A stretch of DNA of 39,030 nt, from UHGV virus genome UHGV-1520160. One strand, written 5' to 3'. Below are positions 1 to 7,623 of the stretch, piece by piece. The position numbers and the translations under genes are program-made. The first letter of the stretch is position 1. Each line of letters begins with the position of its first letter. The DNA comes from a virus. The notes under the pieces are model-generated. The model worked only from the letters and a program-made list of their open reading frames with translations. It searched no databases and had not been told where the DNA came from.

Positions 1-194
1 TTTATCTTCTTTTTATCCTCCCACTCTTTGATTGACTCAGAGCGCCAGCGGTTAGGGTTGCCGGGCCAGTCAGGGGGTGGGAACGGGCATACGAAGCCCC
101 GAGGCATTGTGTCTGCACTTTGCCATGACCAAAGGGTTTTGCGTGAAATTTTGTAGCGACTGGTCAGGTCTGACGTTACCAAAATATCATCCAT
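1..194 (-). CDS. AlpA/Xis-family DNA-binding protein (phage excisionase/regulator-like); C-terminus runs off window start
   Basis: Manual minus-strand translation from ATG at 194: MDDILVTSDLTSRYKISRKTLWSWQSADTMPRGFVCPFPPPDWPGNPNRWRSESIKEWEDKKKI..., open to position 1. HTH-like segment plus F-P-x-P...RW...E..W pattern typical of AlpA/Xis family. Not in ORF track because it is partial. Confidence 0.4.
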   Translation of the reverse strand, partial: MDDILVTSDLTSRYKISRKTLWSWQSADTMPRGFVCPFPPPDWPGNPNRWRSESIKEWEDKKKI

Positions 195-235
195 AGCTCT
201 CTCCAGTTGCCCGTTCGGGCCATTCAAAATCTTTT

Positions 236-478
236 TCAACCAACCTGCCCGGGCAGGGAGCGGAGACGGCGCATGCCTGTCATCGCCGTGGCCACGTAGC
301 TCGCCTTGCGGTTCACTACCTCCACCCAGACCTTCACACCTTCAACTCTCACCGTGTACGTTTCCTTCATCTTGCTGCGTCCGTAGTCGCCGTAGCGTTC
401 GTGATGAGTGGCCAGCGCGATGTCGCATGCCTGACGCGCTATCGGGGATTGCTGATTGCCGCGGTTAATCAGTTTCAT
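236..478 (-). CDS. hypothetical early-left operon protein (80 aa)
   Basis: ORF track; ATGA stop/start overlap with the upstream gene at 475..478 suggests translational coupling. No family recognised. Confidence 0.35.
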   Translation of the reverse strand: MKLINRGNQQSPIARQACDIALATHHERYGDYGRSKMKETYTVRVEGVKVWVEVVNRKASYVATAMTGMRRLRSLPGQVG

Positions 479-669
479 GCTTCACCGCCATCTGGGTTGG
501 ATGATTGACGGAAAATTGCTCGAGACGGCGACCAATCGCAATATGTATCAGTTTCGGTATGCCCGAAAATTGTCTTACAGCGGCGGATATGGGCGCAGTC
601 GCCGCAAGTCTTACCCTTCGGGAGTTTCATTTTGTCGGGGTCTGCCGGGTTATAATTCAGCTCAGTCAT
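475..669 (-). CDS. small Cys-rich (CxxC...C...C) protein, 64 aa; paralog of 9515..9709
   Basis: ORF 475..714 trimmed to the internal ATG at 669 where similarity to the 9515..9709 product begins (MTELNYNPADPDKMKLPKGKTCGDCAHIRRCKTIFGHTETDTYCDWSPSR vs ...LNYDPADPDKMRLPAGITCGNCHHIHRCKAIFGHTESNTYCDWSPSR). Confidence 0.5.
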   Translation of the reverse strand: MTELNYNPADPDKMKLPKGKTCGDCAHIRRCKTIFGHTETDTYCDWSPSRAIFRQSSNPDGGEA

Positions 670-1006
670 TCCAGGCCTCCAGCTCGTTCTGAATTTCCTC
701 GTCGATCTCGTCATTGGTGGCGTCTTCGTTTAGATAGTCGCGCGCCTCTTTGAGATACTGTTCTCGGCGTTCGTGGTACCAAGCAGAGAACTCCGGTGAC
801 CAGCCGCGACCATTACCTTGAAAATCAACCAGAGCGTTGTCCTCAGCCATACGCTCAACCATGCAGTCGGCAGTTGTCAGGGCGCATTCCCGGATGTAAC
901 CGCGAAGGTGGTGTTTGCGCCACCAAGGACTTACTTTCGAATCGCAACGTCCTTTGAACTCAATTTCCCAGCGGCGGATGCAGCGTGCGTTTAAAGATTT
1001 ACTCAT
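662..1006 (-). CDS. hypothetical protein (114 aa), acidic C-terminus
   Basis: ORF track; tightly packed in the minus-strand operon between the annealase gene and the Cys-rich gene. Confidence 0.4.
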   Translation of the reverse strand: MSKSLNARCIRRWEIEFKGRCDSKVSPWWRKHHLRGYIRECALTTADCMVERMAEDNALVDFQGNGRGWSPEFSAWYHERREQYLKEARDYLNEDATNDEIDEEIQNELEAWND

Positions 1007-1040
1007 CTCGTTACCGGGAGGGTTCGCCCTCCCGCCTCCC

Positions 1041-2132
1041 TTAGGCCACGTATTCCGGTTTCATATCCGCCAAGGTGATGCTGAACTGATCGTGCAGTTC
1101 GTCGCCCAGATGACGTTTTGCCGTTGCAAGAACTCGCTCAACTTCCCCAAACCGTTCAGCTGCATCCGGATCATCCGGAGACGGCAGGGAGTTTATCGCG
1201 GCTTCAACCTTGTTACGTGAATCAACCAGGTAGTAGCGCTTCACTGCCTTATTCTTCAGCTCGGTGAACAGGGCAGATCCGAGCGTGGCCTTCGCGCTTT
1301 CGATATCAGCACGCAGTGCTTTGGCGCTATCAACATCCTGTGCTGCCTCGATGCGCTCGCGGAAATCATCGGCAAGAGCGTCGATATTTACCGACGATTC
1401 GTGTGCGCTTTGCGTAGTTGTGACGGTGTCACCTGCGATTTCAGCAACGCTCATTCGTTGGGCTGAGCCAGGGTTAATAACTTTTTCTTCTCGTTCTTCG
1501 ACTTCATCGGCACTGTAAACACCAAGAATCACATCAGGGCAGTACAAGCGAGCCCAGCGCTTTACCGCGAGATAAGCGAGCTGCTGACGCGGATCACTTG
1601 CCCATAGTGTCGAATTACGAACCTGAGCCTGAGAAAGCATGAGTACCAGTTCGCGTGGCTCATCCTCGCCTTTCATCGTTGCCCACACACGAATTCCTAC
1701 ACCGGCCTCATCCTTTAAATCCCAACCGGGCGCGATGTACTTATTGCCTTTAGAACTGGTTCTCTCTACAAATCGACCAATGATGTTTTCCCATGGGCCA
1801 AACCAATCGTAATGAAGGCGATCTTTTGTAGGCGACATGTTGGTAACAACCGCATTAACCAGTTGAGCTTCGTAACCCAACACTCCGCTATTACCGACGA
1901 TGTGGGTCTTCTGAGCTACGGCAAAGGGGTCCATACCCCATCGTGCGGCCTGCATGACCACAGCCATGCAGGCATCTGGTTTTCCGCGGAAGTGGTCAGG
2001 TACAAAAGCGCCACTATTTGCCATCACTGTCGACAAGGTGCGTAGGCGGTCGAAAAGTTCCCCATTAGTCAAAATTGAGATGTTATCGATCATTTGCGTC
2101 TTGTTTTCGTTGGTAGTAATTGCAGTAGACAT
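1041..2132 (-). CDS. putative single-strand annealing recombinase (Bet/RecT superfamily), partner of RecE
   Basis: 363 aa ORF immediately downstream of the recE-like gene on the same strand. Segment ACMAVVMQAARWGMDPFAVAQKTHIV...GVLGYEAQLVNAVV resembles the lambda Bet core from memory. Family call is inferred, not searched. Confidence 0.5.
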   Translation of the reverse strand: MSTAITTNENKTQMIDNISILTNGELFDRLRTLSTVMANSGAFVPDHFRGKPDACMAVVMQAARWGMDPFAVAQKTHIVGNSGVLGYEAQLVNAVVTNMSPTKDRLHYDWFGPWENIIGRFVERTSSKGNKYIAPGWDLKDEAGVGIRVWATMKGEDEPRELVLMLSQAQVRNSTLWASDPRQQLAYLAVKRWARLYCPDVILGVYSADEVEEREEKVINPGSAQRMSVAEIAGDTVTTTQSAHESSVNIDALADDFRERIEAAQDVDSAKALRADIESAKATLGSALFTELKNKAVKRYYLVDSRNKVEAAINSLPSPDDPDAAERFGEVERVLATAKRHLGDELHDQFSITLADMKPEYVA

Positions 2133-2144
2133 GTTCTTTTCCCC

Positions 2145-5100
2145 TTATGCCTGAGTACGCAGCGCTTCAAGGCGGCGCAGGTCGAAGTCGTTCAGTTCGT
2201 CGGTGTAATCAGCGGTGATCGGCGCTGGCCATTCGCCAGTGTCAAAGCCGGTAGCGATAGCGCGCATCGCCTTGCGGTACTCGAGCATGCCCAGCTCTAG
2301 CAGTTCAGCGGATGCCTCGATGATGGCGATCCAGTGGTAGTTCTCGTCTTTGTTGACGAAAATCCAGAAGAACTGGTCAAGTGCCGCGGTCTCGCAATAC
2401 ATGGCGGCGCTCAGGTGATAGTCACGGTCGATGATTTCCCGGTGCAGTTTGGCGCGCAGACCTTCCTGCTTAATGTTCCACATGCTGATGGTTTTAAGGT
2501 CGGCACCGATGCGTACCCCGTCCAAGTCGATCTCAAGGTCAGGACGCACGCGGACTTCAAGTCCGGTTTCGTCGTCAAAGCCAAAATAGCTCACCTCAAC
2601 AGCGCGGCTCGGGTGCTGGAGTAGCATCCCGGCGGTTGGGTGCTGGAGCAGGGCTTTCTGAATGGCCAGTGCGGTGCACAGTTGCTGGCGGGTGACCAGA
2701 ACTTTTCCTTGCGGATTCTCACGCCAGGCATCCAGCAATTCGTCGGCGAAGACGGCGTCCGGATTAACAGACTTCACGGCCTGTATCAGGTCTGATTTGG
2801 TACCGGACACTTTCAGCGGTTGCGGCTTCTGCGCTTCCTGGGCCACCAGGTCAGGATTGATGATTGCCAGCTGCTCGAGTAACGCATCACGGCTACCGCT
2901 GGTTTTCACCTGTGCTGGCAGAGTGGCGTTGTATTCCTTGATGCAGGCTTTCATCGCCGCTGCGGTCTGCTTCTGGTCCGCTTCGATACGCTGATACTCT
3001 TCAGGAAGCGACATATAGCTCTGACCAGTTTCCTCGACTGAACCACCCAGCGGCACCTGTGCTGGCAGAGTGGCGTTGTATTCTTCGAGCAAGGCTTTGA
3101 TCTCATCTGCACTCAGCAGCGCTTGCAGACCTGCGTTGTAATCATCGATAAACGCGCGGATCGTTGCCGTCGTGGTGAATGCGCCTTCCGGAATTACCGG
3201 TTCAACGCTGAATTCCTCATCGAGCTGCTCTGGCTGCAACGCCAGTGCATGAACCAGGTTACCCATGTCCAGCACCGGAGAACGCTCTTTGGTGATCGTT
3301 TTGGCAACGTGGCGCGCGTTGAAGTACATCAGGCTAACGCGGGCATCTTTTACCTGCGTGCTGCTGATCCCGTTCGCTGCGTGATAAACCTCGTTCGGCA
3401 GACCTTCATAGCGACCTGGCTCGAAGTAAGCGGGGTAAACAACAGCTGGTTCGTCAGATTGGGCATCTGGCTCGGTTTGTGCCAAAACTGGTTCAGTCTG
3501 GTTTACAGAATCGCTATTTTGGGCGACAGAATCCGTATTCTGGTTTACATCGGCTTGCTGGCTGGTATCTGATTCTTCACCAGTTTCCATACTGCTTTTG
3601 CCTGACTGCACTTCAGTACCAGCCTGTTTTTCATCACTGACAGTTTCTTGAACCTGCACATTGCTGGTGGTCTCCGTAGCCTTTTTCGTGCCATGAGTAG
3701 CTGAGTTCTGCAGCAAAGCCGTAACGTCGAATATTCCGTTGCCGACATTTTTAACCAGTTCTTGTTCGACTTTCTGCGGTTGTGCCGCAGCTTCCTCTGC
3801 GCGGCGGCGTGCTCCTTCTTCACGCACGCGTTGCAGGTTCTCTTCGTGAGTGCAGAAGGATTTGCGCGGAGACTCCTTACTTTCAGGTTGGTGAATTTCC
3901 TGAGTTGCTACTTCAGCTTCATGCAACGGCAATAACTCAACCGCAGAGTTGAATTCAGCAGTCATGGTCTGGTTAACAAATTCCAGGTGAGCGACAGGGG
4001 TTAGATGAATATTTTCCGGCGCGATACGTACCAGGTTAAAAATAGCCGTGCGGTTAACGCCAAGAGCGCCAGGCTGATTGCGCAGAATGCTGCTCCATGA
4101 TTTCCACGGTTCTTCTTTTTTGGTCACGATTTCTTTGGCGCGACGAAGAATGCTGCCTGGGATCTCGAAGTGGTTGAAGTCCATAGGCAGAAGGGCACAG
4201 GCAATCTCTAAATCGAGAGTGTCCAGGGTGTGGTGTGCGTCAGGTCCACGGTCAGTGACGTAACCGCCGTTGGCATTGGTTCCGGAATCAGTACGCTGAA
4301 CACTACTGATGTGATTACCGGCAGCCCATTCACGCGCCAGGATGCCACGGTCAATGTAATCAGTAGCCGCCCACATTCTGGTGAAACGGAGTACCAGCGC
4401 GAGTTCGTGACGCTTGTCCTGGCTGAACACTTTGCGAATGGCATCGGTGTAGCGCCACAGGTCTTTGGTGTCGTAACCCTTCACTTCCGGGCAGTTCTCA
4501 GCAGCTAACAGCAAGTTCTGGACGTAACTGTTATCAGTGTCCATCTCCAGCGCGCCGATAGCTTCGTACTCTTCGCGGGTTACGTGGTGGCGCAGTTCGT
4601 CGGCGGTGAACTGGGAAAGCAGTTGCTTACGAAACGGCATCTGCACTACCGGGTAGAGGGTTGAGTCGTCGTCGTGTTCGTCCAGCGTGATGCCAGCGGT
4701 TTCTGGCAGCGTTGACTCAGTAGTTATGTGACTATCAACGGTCTGAGCCGTTTTCTCGTCAGAGTTTTCAGCTGTGACTTTTGGCAGCCAGGTGCGGTCA
4801 TCGTTCTGCAGTTCGTAGCGTTCGCACCAGGTGTAATCCACTGCGCCTTCTTCCGGCAGGTCGTCATATACCGGGAAATCGGTGCGGATTGGTTTGGCAT
4901 AATCTTTACCGCGGCCAGTTTCTTCAATTCCGGCTTCTTCCAGTGCCACATCGAGTTGGAGATTGGCGCGCGCTACACTTTTCGCAGTGAACCAAATCAC
5001 TGCATCTTTCTTGCCAGACTTCTGACTGGCTTTTATCAGATGGAAAAATTCCATGTGAGATCCTCTTTTTTGAGTGTTAGAATCCCCGGGCCAGAGATAG

Positions 5101-5159
5101 CGCCCATTGGATGTTTTTTGGTTTGGTATAAATTCCGGTGTAACTTTGGTCGGTGGCAC
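2145..5159 (-). CDS. recE: exodeoxyribonuclease VIII (RecE-like)
   Basis: 1004 aa. Recalled E. coli RecE similarity at N-terminus (DAVIWF...DFPVYDDLPEEGAVDYTWCERYELQ...DYIDRGILAREWAAGNHISSVQRTDSGTNANGGYVTDRG) and in the C-terminal nuclease region (YFEPGRYEGLPNEVYHAANGISSTQ...KTISMW). Confidence 0.8.
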   Translation of the reverse strand: MPPTKVTPEFIPNQKTSNGRYLWPGDSNTQKRGSHMEFFHLIKASQKSGKKDAVIWFTAKSVARANLQLDVALEEAGIEETGRGKDYAKPIRTDFPVYDDLPEEGAVDYTWCERYELQNDDRTWLPKVTAENSDEKTAQTVDSHITTESTLPETAGITLDEHDDDSTLYPVVQMPFRKQLLSQFTADELRHHVTREEYEAIGALEMDTDNSYVQNLLLAAENCPEVKGYDTKDLWRYTDAIRKVFSQDKRHELALVLRFTRMWAATDYIDRGILAREWAAGNHISSVQRTDSGTNANGGYVTDRGPDAHHTLDTLDLEIACALLPMDFNHFEIPGSILRRAKEIVTKKEEPWKSWSSILRNQPGALGVNRTAIFNLVRIAPENIHLTPVAHLEFVNQTMTAEFNSAVELLPLHEAEVATQEIHQPESKESPRKSFCTHEENLQRVREEGARRRAEEAAAQPQKVEQELVKNVGNGIFDVTALLQNSATHGTKKATETTSNVQVQETVSDEKQAGTEVQSGKSSMETGEESDTSQQADVNQNTDSVAQNSDSVNQTEPVLAQTEPDAQSDEPAVVYPAYFEPGRYEGLPNEVYHAANGISSTQVKDARVSLMYFNARHVAKTITKERSPVLDMGNLVHALALQPEQLDEEFSVEPVIPEGAFTTTATIRAFIDDYNAGLQALLSADEIKALLEEYNATLPAQVPLGGSVEETGQSYMSLPEEYQRIEADQKQTAAAMKACIKEYNATLPAQVKTSGSRDALLEQLAIINPDLVAQEAQKPQPLKVSGTKSDLIQAVKSVNPDAVFADELLDAWRENPQGKVLVTRQQLCTALAIQKALLQHPTAGMLLQHPSRAVEVSYFGFDDETGLEVRVRPDLEIDLDGVRIGADLKTISMWNIKQEGLRAKLHREIIDRDYHLSAAMYCETAALDQFFWIFVNKDENYHWIAIIEASAELLELGMLEYRKAMRAIATGFDTGEWPAPITADYTDELNDFDLRRLEALRTQA

Positions 5160-5192
5160 CGGACGTGAATCCCGCCTTGCGCGGGTTTTACG

Positions 5193-5354
5193 TTAGCCTT
5201 CGTGAGCCATCTGGTCGTGCGAAGCGCAACGTTTGGAGCAATACTCTTTTTCTTTGCGCGCCAGCTGTGAGCCGTTGCGATAGAGAAGGGTGCTCTTGAT
5301 TACTTCCTCCGTTTTAACCGGCTTGCCGCAATATCCGCATTTCTTGTCTAACAT
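5193..5354 (-). CDS. small zinc-ribbon protein (53 aa)
   Basis: Manual translation: MLDKKCGYCGKPVKTEEVIKSTLLYRNGSQLARKEKEYCSKRCASHDQMAHEG. Two Cys pairs (CxxC ... CxxxC), immediately upstream of recE in the same operon. Below the 60 aa cutoff of the ORF track. Confidence 0.4.
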   Translation of the reverse strand: MLDKKCGYCGKPVKTEEVIKSTLLYRNGSQLARKEKEYCSKRCASHDQMAHEG

Positions 5355-5365
5355 GACATCCTCCG

Positions 5366-5572
5366 CTAGTGGCTGAGTCCATGCCCCAGACCGTTCAGAT
5401 AAACTTCAACCAGCAAATCCTTGGTGTAAGTCATTTCTACGCCGCGATGCAGATACAAACGTCCGCGAGCGTTAGCTGATGCCGTCCAGGTTGAGTCTTT
5501 GTGTTTGACGAGCATCCCCGGCTGAACTGCGCCGCGGTTTACTGTCTGTGTACCGTAGTGCTGATGAACCAT
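5366..5572 (-). CDS. hypothetical protein (68 aa), first gene of leftward early operon
   Basis: ORF 5366..5716 trimmed to the ATG at 5572, which has a GGAG Shine-Dalgarno 7 nt upstream. The longer ORF begins with TTG at 5716 and has no SD. Confidence 0.35.
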   Translation of the reverse strand: MVHQHYGTQTVNRGAVQPGMLVKHKDSTWTASANARGRLYLHRGVEMTYTKDLLVEVYLNGLGHGLSH

Positions 5573-5591
5573 GATGTTCTCCAGTTTTTCT

Positions 5592-5676
5592 GAGTGAACT
5601 TCGCTGGTGGTGCCGCGGCGCTGATCTTCACGGTTGAGCGTTTTAACTCTGCAATTCACCACCGCGAAGCTCACTC
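5592..5676 (-). promoter_or_regulatory. long inverted repeat (about 20-bp arms, about 44-nt spacer) in the leader of the leftward early operon
   Basis: Arm 5592..5612 gagtgaacttcgctggtggtg against the reverse complement of 5657..5676 caccaccgcgaagctcactc; one mismatch and one indel. Confidence 0.35.
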
Positions 5677-5927
5677 TGTGCTTTGCCCTTGTCGCCAGGC
5701 TGGCGGAACGTTTCAAACCTACTGCGCGTTAATCTCACCACCTCATTCCGGTCTTCGTATGCCCCGGACGGCTACTTCGTGGGCTCCATGCCTGGGTGGT
5801 TCGTGGTGCGTCTTGGTGAGTTAGATTAAATCACTGGTTTATATATATGTCAACTTAAGGTTGGTGTTAATTGTAAATCTGAGGTTTATGTGGCTGGGTT
5901 TTGTGACACGTCTGCAGAATCGCAGGC

Positions 5928-5954
5928 AAAAAAAATCCCGACGCGTGGTCGGGA
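5928..5954 (-). terminator. rho-independent terminator ending the repressor-cassette transcript (tImm-like position)
   Basis: Plus strand has an A8 run 5928..5935 then stem tcccgac/gtcggga with loop gcgtg (5936..5954); on the minus strand this is a GC hairpin followed by U8. Confidence 0.55.
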
Positions 5955-6027
5955 TGAGAAGGTTCGGGGAAGGCGACAGAGTTAGTAGCTGAGAGCCTTA
6001 TAACTCAGGCGTATTGACCAAATCTGA

Positions 6028-6549
6028 CTAAAAGAAGTGCATAAAAGCTTTGTACAGCCCTGTACCAATGGCGATAATCGCAGGGACACCTAAGAGAATC
6101 GCCAATTTAGCATCAGAGATTTTCTTGTCCACTGTGTCTGATGAGGGCTTTTTGTCTACAGACTCTTTGATACTAGACAGCCTCTCCAAAACTACAGCCA
6201 TATTTTTGTCCAGTGAATTCACTGTCGTATCAACTTTTGAAACTGTGTTTTTTATCTCGGCAACATCTTTCTTGATGTGGGCAACTTCAACCTCAAGAAT
6301 AGCCAATCTCTTTTCCATGTCGTCACCTCCATCTTCAGTTGACGTATGAATGATTTCAGTATCATCCATAGCAACTGATGTGACAATCCGTTTTTGTTTA
6401 TCCGAAGCGGCAAAACTACAAGCACCCATAAGGAAGGTTGCTTGGCTCGAAGCTACTGATGAAAACTCTAAGCCTACTGTAGCTCCGCTATGGTCTGAAT
6501 ATGCAATCAATAACTTCCCTTCACCAAGAGATGATTGAGCCGCATCCAT
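6028..6549 (-). CDS. tail-anchored coiled-coil membrane protein (173 aa); candidate effector of the rex-position cassette
   Basis: ORF track trimmed to the ATG at 6549 (AGGAA about 10 nt upstream). Heptad-like central region (MEKRLAILEVEVAHIKKDVAEIKNTVSKVDTTVNSLDKNMAVVLERLSSIKESV) and one C-terminal hydrophobic helix (LAILLGVPAIIAIGTGLYKAF). Region looks AT-richer than flanks by eye. Confidence 0.5.
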   Translation of the reverse strand: MDAAQSSLGEGKLLIAYSDHSGATVGLEFSSVASSQATFLMGACSFAASDKQKRIVTSVAMDDTEIIHTSTEDGGDDMEKRLAILEVEVAHIKKDVAEIKNTVSKVDTTVNSLDKNMAVVLERLSSIKESVDKKPSSDTVDKKISDAKLAILLGVPAIIAIGTGLYKAFMHFF

Positions 6550-6555
6550 CAATTA

Positions 6556-6837
6556 TTATTCCTCAAACATACTTTTTAAGGATTGATAAAAATCATAAGC
6601 CTTTTGTTTGCTTAAAGTCACAGACACAACTTTGGTTCGCTGCATGCCCTTGACGACTATATCCGCATTATCCGTACCGATGATCGGGCTGCTATTCAGG
6701 AACACAAAATTGTAAACTTCGTAACCGGCATTTTGTGTGCCGATTGTTACGACACCGTCAGCATTGGTCTCGATGAAATTTTTCGCTTCGATTACATCAT
6801 TAAGATGCATAAGTTCGACGGTTGTTTCTTTAGACAC
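6556..6837 (-). CDS. hypothetical soluble protein (93 aa), first gene of the rex-position cassette
   Basis: GTG start at 6837 with a GGAGG Shine-Dalgarno 5 nt upstream; 6-nt gap to the downstream gene; 64-nt AT-rich spacer after the repressor stop. Confidence 0.5.
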   Translation of the reverse strand: MSKETTVELMHLNDVIEAKNFIETNADGVVTIGTQNAGYEVYNFVFLNSSPIIGTDNADIVVKGMQRTKVVSVTLSKQKAYDFYQSLKSMFEE

Positions 6838-6901
6838 CGAATCCTCCAGAAGATATTAAATCTTGAAATATTTTTATTACATGGAATTAGATACTACTGG
6901 T

Positions 6902-7291
6902 TTAGGTTTGCTCACCTTGCGATCGAATCCGACCCTTCATGTACTTCTCGTACAGCTCATCTAACTCTTTCAGGCGAAGCGCAAAAATGCGGAGCATGTT
7001 CTGCTGCTCTTCTTCCGGTAACTGGCGGTAGAGCTCGAGCAAACGCTGTTCGTCCGGTTTGAGACCGTCTTTCTCCCCAACGTCTTCACCGAGTAGCCAG
7101 GCGACAGAAATACCAACAGCGTCGGCTATGGCCAGTGCCGATTTCTTACTAATCACGCCTTTTTTGAACCAGCCGTTTACGGCCTGAGGGGTGACTCCAG
7201 CTATTCTTGCCATGTCTGCTTTGGTAACGCCGCGATCAGTGATCTCAGTAAGGCGCTCCACCAGAACGAGGTTGGGTTCTTCTTTTCTCAT
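6902..7291 (-). CDS. prophage repressor, DicA/RacR-type HTH (XRE family), no S24 peptidase domain
   Basis: ORF 6902..7561 trimmed to the ATG at 7291 (MRKEEPNLVLVERLTEITDRGVTKADMARIAGVTPQAVNGWFKKG...). C-terminal LLELYRQLPEEEQ resembles the DicA C-terminal segment from memory. Divergent from a Cro-like gene. Confidence 0.7.
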   Translation of the reverse strand: MRKEEPNLVLVERLTEITDRGVTKADMARIAGVTPQAVNGWFKKGVISKKSALAIADAVGISVAWLLGEDVGEKDGLKPDEQRLLELYRQLPEEEQQNMLRIFALRLKELDELYEKYMKGRIRSQGEQT

Positions 7292-7393
7292 ATGGTCATT
7301 GTAAATATTTGGTTTATGCACGCAATAAATCCAAAGTTTGCATGAAGTATAAATCTGTGGTTTACTTCTGCTATCAATAAGCAGGAGAAGCAC
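7292..7393. promoter_or_regulatory. immunity-region intergenic: divergent promoters with repeated operator-like motif TAAAT-N5-GGTTTA
   Basis: gtaaatatttggtttatg at 7301..7318 and taaatctgtggtttac at 7350..7365; a third copy gtaaatctgaggtttatg at 5873..5890 lies upstream of the leftward operon. Confidence 0.5.
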
Positions 7394-7612
7394 ATGTCCG
7401 CACTCGATAAAGCAATTAAAGCCGCTGGCTCTGCCAGAAAGCTCAGCATCGCGCTTGGTGTGACGAGTATGTCTGTAAGTCATTGGAAGAATCGTGACCA
7501 AGGGATCGTCCCGCCAAGCTATATCTTCCCGATTTTCAAAATGACAGGCGTAACCCCCCACGAGCTGCGCCCTGATCTCTATCCAAATCCCACTGACGGA
7601 TTACCAAAGTAG
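7394..7612 (+). CDS. Cro-like HTH regulator (YdaS-type)
   Basis: 72 aa, HTH segment ARKLSIALGVTSMSVSHWKNR, conserved ELRPDL near the C-terminus; divergent from the repressor; RBS ggagaag upstream. Confidence 0.65.
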   Translation: MSALDKAIKAAGSARKLSIALGVTSMSVSHWKNRDQGIVPPSYIFPIFKMTGVTPHELRPDLYPNPTDGLPK

Positions 7613-7623
7613 GAGCACTGACA

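Noticed and set aside
2334-5168. Several plus-strand ORFs (for example 2334..2624, 2662..2994, 3123..3572, 4728..5168) inside the recE region
   Set aside because: They are antisense to a long ORF with recognisable RecE similarity, have no ribosome-binding sites, and are expected by chance in a 3-kb GC-balanced gene.
5366-5716. 116-aa version of the first leftward gene as given in the ORF track
   Set aside because: It starts at TTG with no Shine-Dalgarno; the internal ATG at 5572 has GGAG at the right spacing, and the upstream part overlaps a long inverted repeat better explained as leader RNA structure.
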